A stretch of DNA of 63,878 nt, filler included, from Octopus bimaculoides (lineage: Eukaryota), in the NCBI RefSeq assembly GCF_001194135.2. It is 10 parts of 9 records of this genome, joined end to end, with 100 filler letters (N's around TTAATTAATTAA, not from the genome) between each part and the next. Parts side by side here need not be neighbours in the genome. Positions count along the whole stretch, not along the records: positions 20,409 to 39,343 come from NC_068994.1; 9 more parts are not named here. One strand, written 5' to 3'. This document shows, piece after piece, positions 27,098 to 39,443 of the stretch. The notes under the pieces were generated by a model. The model had not been told where the DNA came from. It did not search any database and saw only the letters and a list, made by a program, of their open reading frames with translations. The position numbers and the translations under genes were made by a program. Each line of letters starts with the position of its first letter. Position 1 is the first letter of the stretch.

Positions 27098-28175
27098 ACA
27101 CATATATATATATATACATACATATATGTATACACACACACATATATATATATATGCATGTATGTATGTGCATATATATAGATATATATATATATGTCAT
27201 AGTAAATAATTCATCTTTTAAATAGTCAAGCTTGAAGCACACATAACATATATGTTTATATATACATATAACAGATAGATATGGTATATATGTATATAAT
27301 ATGTATATATATACACACACACACACGCATGCAGATATACCTGTATATATTTACATATGCACATGCGCACACATTTATACATACATATATGTGTATGTGT
27401 GTATATGTGTGTTTTTACAAATGAGATAAATAAATAGAACTCAATAGATAAAGCTAAGCAAATATATTATTTATTAACTGTAAAACTACATAAATGAATC
27501 CAGGCCCTTGAGTCACTTAAATAGCTTCAGAGCTAATAAATAATACATGTGTGAATGCAAGTGTCCTTATGTGTGTGTTTTATGTATGTATGTATATATA
27601 TATGTGTGTATATGTCTATGTGTCTATGTGCATGTATAGTGTATATTTTAGAATGCCCCCATAGAAAAATACAAAAATCCTGAATGGACATGTGTTAAAA
27701 ACCTGAAGTACCTGATTTCATATATATATATATACACATACCAAAATAGCCACACACACACACACACACATACACACACATGCGCACTCACACACACACA
27801 CACACATACACACACATGCGCACTCACACACACACACACACGTGCACATACACATGCATATCACAAGTCAAGTCTATACCTATAGGTTTTTGAGCATCTA
27901 ACTGCTGACTAAGACAATTGTTTTCAGTGCATGAAACTAAAAGACTATGGGTTAGGTTTTAATAATTGTTTTATAATAAGTGCAATCCTTCGGTATATGA
28001 AGTCAGTTTGTTTTATTAGATTATGGAAATAAAGAAATGAAGTAAAAAATATTCACATTATCTGTTTAATTCTAGATAGAATAATGTTTTTTTTAATTTT
28101 TTAATTTATTTTACTACTGTTTAAATATAATTAAAATTAACCTAATGGAAAATTTAGGCATTTTCTATACCTCAA

Positions 28176-28414
28176 CCATCTAGCATTTAGATTACTCAGT
28201 CAAATGTAATGCTTATTTGTTTACATCGTTTTGAACTAAAGATGTATTATCTTTCAGCTTTGAGATTTTGATGATGTGATTGTTTATTTCTAGAATGTCA
28301 TTGTAGAGTAGGTGTGAGAGACCAAATTAGGTGTGAGAGGCCAGATCTGGGTAGTTTGAATGTAAAATTGACAGAATATTTAGGCCAGATATGATTGGTT
28401 TAAATACTAAAAGG
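28176..28414 (-). mobile_element. TTAA-flanked MITE (piggyBac-type termini)
   Basis: Reverse-complement copy of 63207-63434; TTAA at 28415-28418, degenerate TCAA on the left. Confidence 0.7.
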
Positions 28415-28590
28415 TTAACATGAATGTCTAGAAGAAAATCTCAACCAGGTCTGGCTCATCCCCACATATCAAAATTCCTTTAAAGTTTTTGATGCAGTTA
28501 ACCTCTGATTAATTCAGTGTGTTTGTGTTTGAGTGAGTGCATATATGAGTTTGTGTGTATGCTTTGATGGCATGTAAGAGACATTATGTC

Positions 28591-28638
<48 letters not shown>

Positions 28639-28815
28639 NNNNNNNNNNNNNNNNNNNNNNNNNNNNNNNNNNNNNNNNNNNNNNNNNNNNNNNNNNNNNN
28701 NNNNNNNNNNNNNNNNNNNNNNNNNNNNNNNNNNNNNNNNNNNNNNNNNNNNNNNNNNNNNNNNNNNNNNNNNNNNNNNNNNNNNNNNNNNNNNNNNNNN
28801 NNNNNNNNNNNNNNN

Positions 28816-28861
<46 letters not shown>

Positions 28862-29928
28862 ATATATATATATATATTTATGTGTGTGCCTTTGTTTATG
28901 TTTGCCCCTCACCATCGCTTGACAACTGATGCTGGTGTGTTTATGCCACCATAGCCTAGCAGTTCAGAATAAGTACTAGGCTGACAAAGAGTAAGTCCTG
29001 AGGTTGATTTCTTAAACTAAAAACAAAAACGTTTAAGACAGTGCTCCAGCATGGCCACAAATGATTAAAACAAGTAAAAGAATAAAAGAATGTATGTGCG
29101 CGCATGTGTGTGTGTGTGTGTGTGTGTGTCCCACCACTGCTTGACAACCAGTGCTGATGTGTTTATGCCCCCATAACTTAGCAGTTTGGCAAAACAGAAC
29201 AATAGAATAAGTACAAGTTTTTTAAAAAAACGTGCTGGGGTCAATTTGTTCAACTAAAAATATATATATCATCCTGGGTCCTGTATGTGAAGTTGAGCCT
29301 CTTATAAGCTTTAATGCTCTAAAAACTTTTTTCTGAATATGTGCTGCTGAAACTGGGGAATATTTAGTACACCCATGCATTTTTTTATGTCATCAATTAC
29401 AGTATTTGTTAAATTTTTTTTATTTCATATTGTAATTGGTGGATAATTTCGTTGTTAATTACAGGTTTTCCAGTAGATTAACCCCTGTATTTCTGATGAT
29501 GCAAGGGACAAAGAAGTACTTGTAACAAACAAAAGAATTTGTCTCAAATATCGTAAAGGAGTTTGTTTTGGTGAGTATCAGCTTTTCAGCTTTGTGCAAA
29601 TGTTTGCATGCTTTACTGATACGCACTAGTGAAACACACACACACACATGCACAGGCACACAGACACACTACACACACATGCACAGGCACACAAACAAAT
29701 ACATACATATTCATACACACACGTAAACACACACACACTCATATGCTCACACACATGCACACACACACACATAAGCACACCACACACACAAACTGGCAGA
29801 GTTGTAGCATTGCATGGAATGATTCGATGTATTTTTTCAGGCTCTCAGATATCCATTGTTCTGAGATCATATCCTGTTGAGATCAGCCGATATACTTCCC
29901 TGTGTTGTTAAAAAAATAAAAATTACCC

Positions 29929-30360
29929 GGCACAGGTGTGACTGTGTAGTTAGAAACTTGCTTCCAAACCACATGATTCCAGGTTCAGTCCCACTGCGGG
30001 GCACCTAGGGCATGTGTCTTCTACTACGGTCTCATGCCAACCAAAGCCTTGCAAGTGGATTTGGTAGACAGAAACTGAAATAAAGCTGCTGTATATGTGT
30101 GTGTGTGCACGCATACCTGTGCGTGTGTGGCTGTGCGTGTGTGTGTGTGTATGTGTATGTGTGTGTGAGTCTTTGTGTCTGTATTTGTACTCCACCATTG
30201 CTTGACAACTGATGTTGGTGTGTTTATGTCCCTGTAACTTAGTGATTTGGTGAAAGAGACTAATAATAGTGGAGTTGATTCATTTGACTACAAATTCTTC
30301 AAGCTTGTATCCCAGCATGGTCATAGTCTAACGACTGAAACAAGTAGAAGAAAACAAAGG
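29929..30360 (+). mobile_element. SINE family A, full length
   Basis: Colinear with 48199-48615. Additional 3' halves at 28900-29090 and 29130-29260. Confidence 0.85.
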
Positions 30361-31329
30361 TTACTGAAGATATCGGTTGGCACAACAGTAAGAACATTGG
30401 TTCCAGATGCATTGCACAGTATTAGTTCTACTCTTTGCATTCTAATTTTATGGCTTACTAGTTCCAACCAATTTGAAACAATCTGGCACCTTGGGTACCT
30501 TTTGCAGAATCGTCACTGTTGCAAGCACTGAAGCCAAGCTTCTGGTTTCAAGATACATTGGTGCTGGTACCACATAAAAGCCACTGTGTGGTGGTTGGTA
30601 TTAGGAAGGGCATCCAACCATAGAAATCATGCTAGAACAATGGAGCCTGGTACAGCCCCTGGCCTTACTAGCTCTGGTCAAACCATCCAACCTATGTCAT
30701 CATGGAAAATGGACATTAAATGATGATGACGACGACGATGATAATGATGATGATAATGATGATAATGATTCCTTTCTCACTTCCTTCAACTAATCTTGAG
30801 CACAACCTTCTCTCTTCTCTACGTCATCGTTTCCATCATCATTTAATGTTCACTTTCTCATGTTAGTTTAGGTTAGATAGAATTTGCTGAAGCAGATTTT
30901 TTTTTAGGCTTGGATGCCGTTCCTGTCACCGACCCTCACCTGTTTCCAAGCATGGCTGGACATGCTTTTCATGGAAGACAGGATATGAATAACATTGCTT
31001 GTATGACAGCAATGCCCATCTACAGCCATCACATGATGTCAAGACACGGGTATGCACATGCACACACACACACACACACACACAGACATACGTACATGCA
31101 GTTATGCAACACAAATTAGCACTTAATCCAATACTGCATAGTTGGGAAGCAAGTTTCTGAACTACACAGTCAGTCTTAAAGATAAAAATATAAAACACAT
31201 TCACATACACATTAATGTGTGTGTGTGTGTCTGTGTGGATACATTGAAATCTGTAGAATTTCAACAGTTTCTAACCACTGATTTCCACTCACAAGTTATT
31301 GGTCAACACTACTTGATACAGTAAATAAA

Positions 31330-31601
31330 TATGTATATTTATATATTTATTGGAATTTATATACCATGAATAGGAATCACTTCTACCACTTCTACTCACA
31401 ACTTACCCTGGATAATGGAACTGCAACTCTAACATCATTATACATTTTCATTTTTATTTCTACATTCATTCTCCTATTTCTCTTTATACTCCTTACTCGC
31501 TTCCTTTTCCAAAATAACTCCTCATATTGAACTCTAATATTTTCCTCTATTTAACCATCACACATTGTCTCTGATGAAGGGATACTCCTAATATCTCAGA
31601 A
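31330..31601 (+). mobile_element. Penelope-like pseudo-LTR fragment ending in a partial hammerhead core
   Basis: Pyrimidine-rich tract ending tgtctCTGATGAagggata-ctcctaa-tatctcaGAA, truncated by (TA)n. Confidence 0.5.
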
Positions 31602-31929
31602 TATATATATATATATATATAATCACAGGTGCAAGAATGGCTGTGTGATAAGAAGTCTGCTTGCCAACCACATGGTTCTGGGTTTAGTCTCACTGCATGA
31701 TGCTTTGGGCAGTGTCTTCTACTATAGCCTTGGGTCTACCAAAGTTTTGTGAGTAGATTTGAATGGTGGAGCCTGCTGAAAGAAGCCCTTTGTATCTATA
31801 TCTATAAAACTCAAAATATCTGTGTGTGTGTGTGTATGTATGTGTATACTTTTTATACGTTTCCACATTTTTCACATGATTTTGATGAAATTCTTTTTAT
31901 TAAATGGCAAATTTACCCAGGCAGGTCAC

Positions 31930-33048
31930 TGCTGCATTACTGATGCCTAGAGATACCCCTTTCAATAAAACTGAAGGGACCCCATCACTTTTTGCAAAAA
32001 AGGCAAAAGGTGCACACAAAAAAAGTTTTTACAGGAACGTCTGATTTTTATAATCTTGGTCTCAAAAGGATTGTCATGTTGCGATATTTCAGACAAATAC
32101 TTTGACACTATCTTGGGGCCTCACATTTCCAAGAAAATTGTGGAAAACTTTGAAAAAAATCGATTTTTCGCCTTTTTGCAAAGTTACACAGTAGAAAACT
32201 TTTTACTAGAAGGTCAATTTCCTCATGTTATTGAAGCAACAATTCTTATGGGTTGTGGCATCAGTGACAATGTCTTTATACCCAGGATACCTTTTACTCC
32301 ATCAGATAAGCAATGTCCCTGTCCCCTTGCATCGATTTCAGTTCCCTCTTTGACTTTGCCTTGCCATGTCCATCAACAAGTCCCAAGGTCAAACACTAAT
32401 AACAACAGGCCTCCATTTAGGCCAACCATGCTTCTCACACGGCCAATTATACGTCGGTTGCTCAAGAGTCGGATGCAAAAAAATTCCTTTTTGTGTTTGG
32501 ACTTGAACGCCAAAACAAAAGTTGTCATCTACAGTGAGGTGCTGTAGGCCATCCAACATACTGCAGCTTCCCTGCCGAACAGGTTTATGGTGCGTGAGTA
32601 CTATTGTCATTCTTTCAAAATTACCTGTTTTTCTTAAGTCTTTTTTTAATTTTGTCCACTGCAGCTTCTCAGTCTCTTTGCAGATGGCTTGAGTTTTGGC
32701 ATTACTGCATTTTATGTGAGCGAAAAAGGATGTTTATACCTGTATACGGTTAACAATCCTTTTCAGGGCTATTGTGAGAACGATAGCACAGCCCTTTTCA
32801 GTGCTACTTTACATTCAATTGTTGCACCCCCTGAGATGCTCTTGTGGCTTCTCCAGGGCTTTTCACCCTGTTGTTACTACTTTATTTAAGGCCTATGGGA
32901 AAACTCACTTCTTCCTCAATCTCAATGTTTGCAACTTAACACAAAAAATATTCAAAGAAATGTACAACAACAAAACAAAAAATGGTAGAGCCTATTAAGA
33001 CCATTGCTGAGTATTTAATACCCAAGCGACACCGAGTAATCCTGCTAG
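31930..33048 (+). mobile_element. Helitron 3' region carrying a PIF1-like helicase C-terminal relic
   Basis: 32220-32547 translates (one frameshift, one stop) to [70 protein letters not shown] (SF1 helicase motifs V/VI). Ends cccaagcgacaccgagtaatcctgCTAG|T. Confidence 0.9.
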
Positions 33049-33294
33049 TATATATATATCTGTATATATATATATGTGTGTGTGTGTACTCAAATATGTG
33101 TGTGTGTACATGTATGCATAGCAATGCACATACTTAAAATAACATGTTTATGGGTGCTGTTATTTGCTTGTATGTGTATTTCTGTGTTTAAGTGCAGACG
33201 TAGGTGTGTATACCAATGCTATATATTATTTTTGTAATTCATTTTCATTCTTATTCTTGTAATATCATTATCAAATATTAGATAATCTTAGAGG

Positions 33295-33820
33295 TAGCAG
33301 CAACACCAGCAGCAGCAGTAGCAGTGGCGGCGGCAGTGGTGGTGGTGGTGGTGGTGGTTACGGTGGTGATAGTGGTAGTAGTAGTAGTAGTAGCCAACTT
33401 AACTTCATCACCATCATGCTGAATGCTGTTATTGCACTGATAAATGGTTAATATTATCAGCACTGCTACCACCAACAACACTACCACTACAACCACCACC
33501 ATCATCACCACTACTACTACTACCAACACCACTGACAACCTCACCAACAACACCATCTCTGTCACTGACACCACCACTATCATTACTACTACTACTACTA
33601 CTACTACCATCAACAACTACAACATTATCACTATCAACTTCACCAATAACAGTACCACTATCAACAACATCATCACTACCATCAACAGCAACACCACCAT
33701 CAATACCACCACCACTCCTACCAACAACAACACAACCGACAATACCACCACCACTACCACTTCCATCAACAATCTTACCACCAGCAATACTGCCTCCACT
33801 ACCATCACCACCACCATGTC
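33295..33820. repeat. Long degenerate trinucleotide tract (GTG/GTA then ACC/ACT/AAC)
   Basis: Direct inspection; source of the poly-T/poly-V ORFs. Confidence 0.95.
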
Positions 33821-34656
33821 TATCATCTTCCTTCTTATTTCATTATAATACTATCTTGATTAAAAAAAAATGTAATTAGAATATCAATCTGATGGATACC
33901 CAAGTTTTAACTCAGTCTAATCATTGTTCCCATCAAGGGGCCTCTCTATCACAGGTTCCAACTCCCAAATGTATTGATATCAACAAAGAGAAATTTCTGG
34001 TAAAGCAATAAGAATCAATGAAATTCTGTAGTTCCCATTAGAATTAATGAAAGTACTAAAAGCAAACCATCTACTCAACATACAATTAGCCTTACAAATA
34101 TTTGATTAGTGCTACGATAACAGAACACCGGAGAGCTTCTGAGAACAACCAAACTCATTCATCAATTAAAAGTAATGTAAATGATACATCAGCATTCAGT
34201 AACTGATTGCAGAAAGAAACCTCTTAAGACATTAATATCTGTTATAGCAAGAATGCTCTAAGTAAAAGCTCCACTAGATAATTTGTGAAAGCAAACCAAA
34301 ACTAGGTAATTCTAGAAAACTATAACTTAATATTTTACCACACTAGGAGTTGCTATGATAAAGTAAATGTCATTAAGATTTAACAAAAATTTGGAATGCC
34401 TTAGGCAAGTTACTTCCACTTTCAGAGCTACATGTTGTGTGTCAATGATGAATCTTTGAAAATAAGTCATTTTGATTTGAAAAGAAGTTTAAATTTTCTA
34501 AAATGTATAAAACTGTGTACATAAGGAGAAAATATATCATTTTAAAATATTGATTTAATGAGTTTTAGTGTCATTTTCCTTTGTTTTTGTTATTTTTGTA
34601 GTGAAATCATTTACATACAACTGTGAAGGCATAAGATAAAAAGGTGCTAAGAATTG

Positions 34657-34866
34657 TTAAATTACATGAATAAAATGTTGGTACATCTGTTTGAGTGTTC
34701 TTAATTTGTAATTTGGCATACCTGGAAGCTCTTCATAGTGTCCTGTGTCACCTTCACTTAAACCATGTCCACTATCAGCACAAGAAGATATTGCAGATAA
34801 TTCACTAATACGTTCTGGGACTGTAACTGTATTGTCTTTTTTACCAACACCAGATATCACTGAAGA
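34657..34866 (-). CDS. Pcdh: Probable protocadherin cytoplasmic exon (SSVISGVGKKDNTVTVPERISELSAISSCADSGHGLSEGDTGHYEELPG...)
   Basis: Same strand, 1.6 kb downstream of the donor and preceded by a polypyrimidine tract (cttctctccttttcttcacatgagtcttcag). Ser-rich DSGHGxSEGD motif resembles conserved protocadherin tail motifs (recalled, not searched). Boundaries uncertain: acceptor 34866 or 34859; ends at donor CAG|GTATGC (34722/34721) or reads through to the stop at 34657. Confidence 0.72.
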   Translation of the reverse strand, partial: SSVISGVGKKDNTVTVPERISELSAISSCADSGHGLSEGDTGHYEELPGMPNYKLRTLKQMYQHFIHVI

Positions 34867-35229
34867 CTCATGTGAAGAAAAGGAGAGAAGTTTCAGAAAA
34901 CAACCTCACAAAATACAAAAATCTGATTGCATGATAAGATTACAAGAATCTGATTATAGAAAAAATATACACATCATTGCATAATGGGATACCATGCATA
35001 TCACACAAGAAGGTATCAAACCGGATAATATAACAGTTATGATAACATGGTTGTAAAACAGCATATCATTTATAAAAATATTATATATTGTGTTTTACCC
35101 ATGATGCTTAGGTGTTGCTCGCAAGCAAGTATGATCTGGTGGCTTGTACCACAGTTCCACAAATTGTTTTAGGTGTCTATGTAGCCATAAGCAGATATAT
35201 ATCCTTTCAGTCCTTCTAATCTTGACTCA

Positions 35230-35415
35230 GGTGAACATTATGACCATGAAAGCTCGAGGGAAAGAGGTCAGCTGCTATTAATTTTCATCTGAATAAATTT
35301 GAGCAGCATGAAATCATGTCTTGCTCAAAGACGATGCAATTCCTGGCCAAGGAATCATACACATGACCTTATGACCATGAGCCCAACATCTTAACCATTA
35401 GGCCACATGCCTCTA
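35230..35415 (-). mobile_element. Degraded tRNA-headed SINE within the protocadherin intron
   Basis: Reverse complement gcatgtggcctaatggttaagatgttgggctcatggtcataaggtc..gattcc..tgagcaagac resembles the head at 50683. Confidence 0.6.
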
Positions 35416-36490
35416 CTCCTCAATAACATGCAGTAAAACAGTATATTATTTATGAAAAGATAAAATATTACACACTCTGTCACCCTTGCCATCATAAATA
35501 CCACTAAGAAATACCATCATGAATATTGTAATTAATTAAATAGCAAATAGATGGTTATGCTTTTGTTTTCTTATTGTTTCTTATTTTTAGCAGTAGCTCT
35601 CCCTTTAAACAACTATTTTCCTGAAGTTTTAAATCCATCTTTAATTCATTTGTTAATGGAAACCATTCCTTCTATTCTCATCTTATGCTCACATCACTAT
35701 AGTCTTCACTTTACAAACAGCACTTATTTCCTTAACTACACTTGGCTCCTTATACCAGAGACTCACTTTATAAATATACCACATTATACTCATAATAAGG
35801 TGTGAGAAGATATATTAATCTAATTTCAGTGATGAGGGAAATATTTTTGACAAAGTCTATATTTTCCACTATAGTTTTACAACCACAAAGTGCCATACTT
35901 CCCAGTTCCTCTCCTTGCATTTTACTCTTTCAGATGAAAAGTAAAACCTAAACCAGAAAAATATCATCTTAAAAATATTGTTTCACATAACATGATATCA
36001 CACAGCAGGATATCATGTAAGTCATTGTACAATATAACGTTATATCAGATGTCATCATCATATAGCATGACTTCACATAACAACAATACTATATATGAAA
36101 TCTTTATAATATGAGATGCATTGAAATTTTAGAAACATATTAACTGCCTGCAGTCCTAAAGTTGTATTATTTGAATTAAGAAAATGAGAAATGCTAATTA
36201 TTTTTAATTTAAGTTTGCATCATATTAAAATAAGAATTAATTAATTACCTTTCATTACAAGAAGAAAAACAAAAAACTTTTCCATAGAATTATTGAAAAA
36301 TTCTAATAAAATGTTCATCAATGAAAGCATGACTTAAAGGTGAAGAGTATTTTAATTTGCCTTCTGTTATGTAAATAACTTTAAATTAGTTGAGTGTAGA
36401 ATTGTTTAATGTATGCCTAGAGGTTTTGTTGTTTATATTTCACAATCTTCCATGCATAGATGTAGCTGTATCATTATTTTAAGGACATAC

Positions 36491-38923
36491 CTGATGTGTC
36501 CATTCTGTAATATCCTGGAGATGTATTCCTGAATTTGAAACTTTCCAACTATGTCCTGATTCATAACCTGACTGTGGTTCTCGTCTTGGTAATGTTGATT
36601 GTGAATTTCTTGTATTGGCAAGATCTGTTACCATAGTAACTGGGGCATCATATTGAGGTGATATTTGTTCACAAACATAACCTGATTGTATTCTTTGATC
36701 TAAAAATTTGTTAGAATCATTCACACCACCATGATATTGGACATTTCGGCGATTTTTTCTATGAATAATACAGATTGCCATAGAAACTACAATAGCTATT
36801 GATATTATTACAGCCGCAACTACAATAATAATCACAAGGTTTAGATGTATTTTATCATCTGACTGTGTGTCTATTGCTGTGAACATTTTTGAAGTCTTAT
36901 TACTAACAGTCAGTATTAGTGAAAGATAAGTTGTTGCAGAGAGCACTGGTATGCCACCATCTTTCACAACAAGTTGAAGATCATATGATCCAGCATCATT
37001 TTGATAGACAGGTCGGGAAAAAGACATCACACCTGTGTATGGGTTCACTGTGAACAATTGTTTATCATTTCCCCCTTGAATTTCATATCGTAGAAAAGCA
37101 TTGACATGACTGTCTCTATCAGAGGCTCTTAATGTTGTGATGTCATGCGTGCTTTTGGGTTGGTAATAAATATCCAGTCTGAAAGGGTTGACACTAGGAA
37201 ATGTGAAATAAGGAGCATTATCATTTTCATCCATGACTTCCACAATAACCTTTGCAGTATTGTTAAGTGATGGTGAACCATTGTCTTTTACTATAACTTG
37301 CAATTCATAAATATCTTGTTTCTCTCGATCTAGTGACTGTGTTGTTGAAATAAATCCAAAATTAGAAATCTTAAATGGAAGCATGTTTCCTTTATTGCTG
37401 AACAAAAAATATGACAGTTGACCTCCAGCTCCCAGATCAGGATCAGTAACTTTTATGAAGCCAATTGGAAAATTTGGCTTCTCGTTTTCATAGGTAAGAA
37501 ATTTGAAAGTGTCTTTCATAAATTTGGGTTGCATATCATTGATGTCAGTGACTTGAATTGAAAACCTTTTAGTTGTTTCCAGAGATGGTGAACCTTCGTC
37601 TTCACATACAATTGTAAAATTTATATGGCTCTCTGTTTCTCTGTTTACTTGACTCTTTATCACAACTTTGTATTTGTTTTTCCCTAAGCTTTGAAGTTGC
37701 AGTTTATCATGATGAAGACTGCATGTCACTTCTCCATTATGTCCACTGTCACTGTCAGTTACCTTCACATAGGCTATGAAACTACCAACTTTGACACCCT
37801 CTGAAATAGTAACTTTGTTGCCTTTAGATTTGGAAACAAATTTCATTTCTATTTGTGGTGCATTATTTTGCTGGTTGATCACATTTATAAGAACAATTGT
37901 AGTTGAACTTAAAGGTGGAACTCCACTATCAGTTGCTTCAATGAAGAGCTTATATTTTTGCCTTCGTTCAAAAGAAAAGTTATCCCATAGGAAAATTTCT
38001 CCAGTTTGTTCATTTAGGTTAAAATATGATTTTGCAAGTTCTGAAGTTTCAGAGCTGAAATGATATGTAATTTGGCCATTTTTTCCATGATCTAAATCAT
38101 TAGCAGACAAAGTAAGAATCGGTATATTTTTCTGGTGTTGGTTATTGATAGTAACATTGTAAGTGTTCTGAGTGAAAATTGGGGAATTGTCATTTTCATC
38201 TTTAATGTCTATTAGAACTTTTAAAATTCCTTGTTTGGAAGGAGATCCTCCATCATTTGCAATAACACGGATACTATAGTTGTTCTTCTGCTCTCTGTCA
38301 AGCTTTTCTTTCAGAATGATACCAAGTTTTGAAGTTCCATCGACTTTTTTGGAAACTGATAAAATGAATGGGTCACTCACACTCTTGTCAAGTCGATAAG
38401 AAATTTTAGAATTAGAGATACCATAATCTCTATCAACAGCATTTGGTATTGATTTAGTTGTACCTTTGCCATCTGTTTCTGAGAACTGGAGATGGATTTC
38501 TTTATTTGGAAACATTGGAGAGTAGTCATTGATATCTTCAATGACTATTTTGATTTCTAATATTTTGAAGAATGACAACTTGTGTTGAACTGCAACTTCT
38601 ACCATTTTAAAACATTTAGCGTTATATTTGCACAGAGACTCAGTATCCAAGATTTGAGCTGTATATAGTTTCCCGACTTCAGTCACATTAAATAGGTGAT
38701 TATTTCCATTCAAGTTTTCATGCAATTGACTGAATGTAATCAAATTCCTGTCTTGATGTGGAAAACTGTCAGCAAATTGTGTATCAGCAGCTATGTCCCC
38801 AATGTAAGTTCCTGGGGACATTCCTTCTTCTACATAGTAGATAAGGTCTACACAATGAGAAGGTTCTAGAAGAAACAGCCATAAACACAGCTGAGCCAAC
38901 ATAACCTTGTGGAAATTTTTCAT
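36491..38923 (-). CDS. Pcdh: Protocadherin, large ectodomain exon (signal peptide, EC1-EC6, TM, proximal cytoplasmic tail; 811 codons, ends phase 0)
   Basis: 814-aa ORF with a hydrophobic signal peptide and six cadherin repeats (DINDYSP, DENDNSP, NQQNNAP, DINDMQP, DENDNAP linkers; LDRE, AxDxD, AxDxGxP motifs). It has the EC1 C-X5-C motif (CKYNAKC) typical of protocadherins and a TM segment (LVIIIVVAAVIISIAIVVSMAICII). Donor CAG|GTATGT at 36491/36490; the terminal VCP* of the ORF is intronic. Symbol is family-level only. Confidence 0.97.
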
Positions 38924-38945
38924 CTAGAATAAATTAAAACCATTT
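38924..38945 (-). promoter_or_regulatory. Splice acceptor directly abutting the protocadherin ATG (implies an upstream non-coding first exon)
   Basis: Minus strand reads ggttttaatttattctag|ATGAAAAAT: T-rich tract plus TAG immediately before the start codon. Confidence 0.6.
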
Positions 38946-39186
38946 CAATCAGTGCTTTCAGAAATTACAACTATACATGAAAAGTTGGTATATTAAACAG
39001 ACTTCTAAGATCTCATGGTTATTTTAACAAATAATAATAATAATAATATATGCTCATGTTGCCTTTGTAAATACAAACAACTACAAAATAATGTGTTTTT
39101 TTAAAAATATTTCCAAACACAAAATTATCTTTTCATTATTGACAAAGATGGAATTGTTGAGAAGAAAGTATAAAATAAGAAGGAGG

Positions 39187-39228
<42 letters not shown>

Positions 39229-39443
39229 GTTTATACATATAAAGATAAAAATATTAGCTCCATTTCTTTCTTTCTTTCTTTTTTCTTTGCTTTCCTTCCT
39301 ATTATTGAGCAAGGCAACAATTACAATCCATTTTGCCAGAAAGNNNNNNNNNNNNNNNNNNNNNNNNNNNNNNNNNNNNNNNNNNNNTTAATTAATTAAN
39401 NNNNNNNNNNNNNNNNNNNNNNNNNNNNNNNNNNNNNNNNNNN

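Noticed and set aside
26938-27326. YIYI/THTH/CVCV-rich ORFs here and throughout the window
   Set aside because: Translations of (TA)n, (CA)n and (TATG)n microsatellites.
33278-33848. Mucin-like Thr-rich ORF and antisense poly-Val ORFs
   Set aside because: Degenerate trinucleotide tract; open on both strands because such repeats lack stops; no splice or domain context.
35920-35960. Plus-strand acceptor-like ttttactctttcag|ATG inside the protocadherin intron
   Set aside because: The frame stops after five codons and nothing supports an antisense gene.
37776-38063. 95-aa plus-strand ORF overlapping the protocadherin
   Set aside because: Antisense shadow of the coding exon with no independent features.
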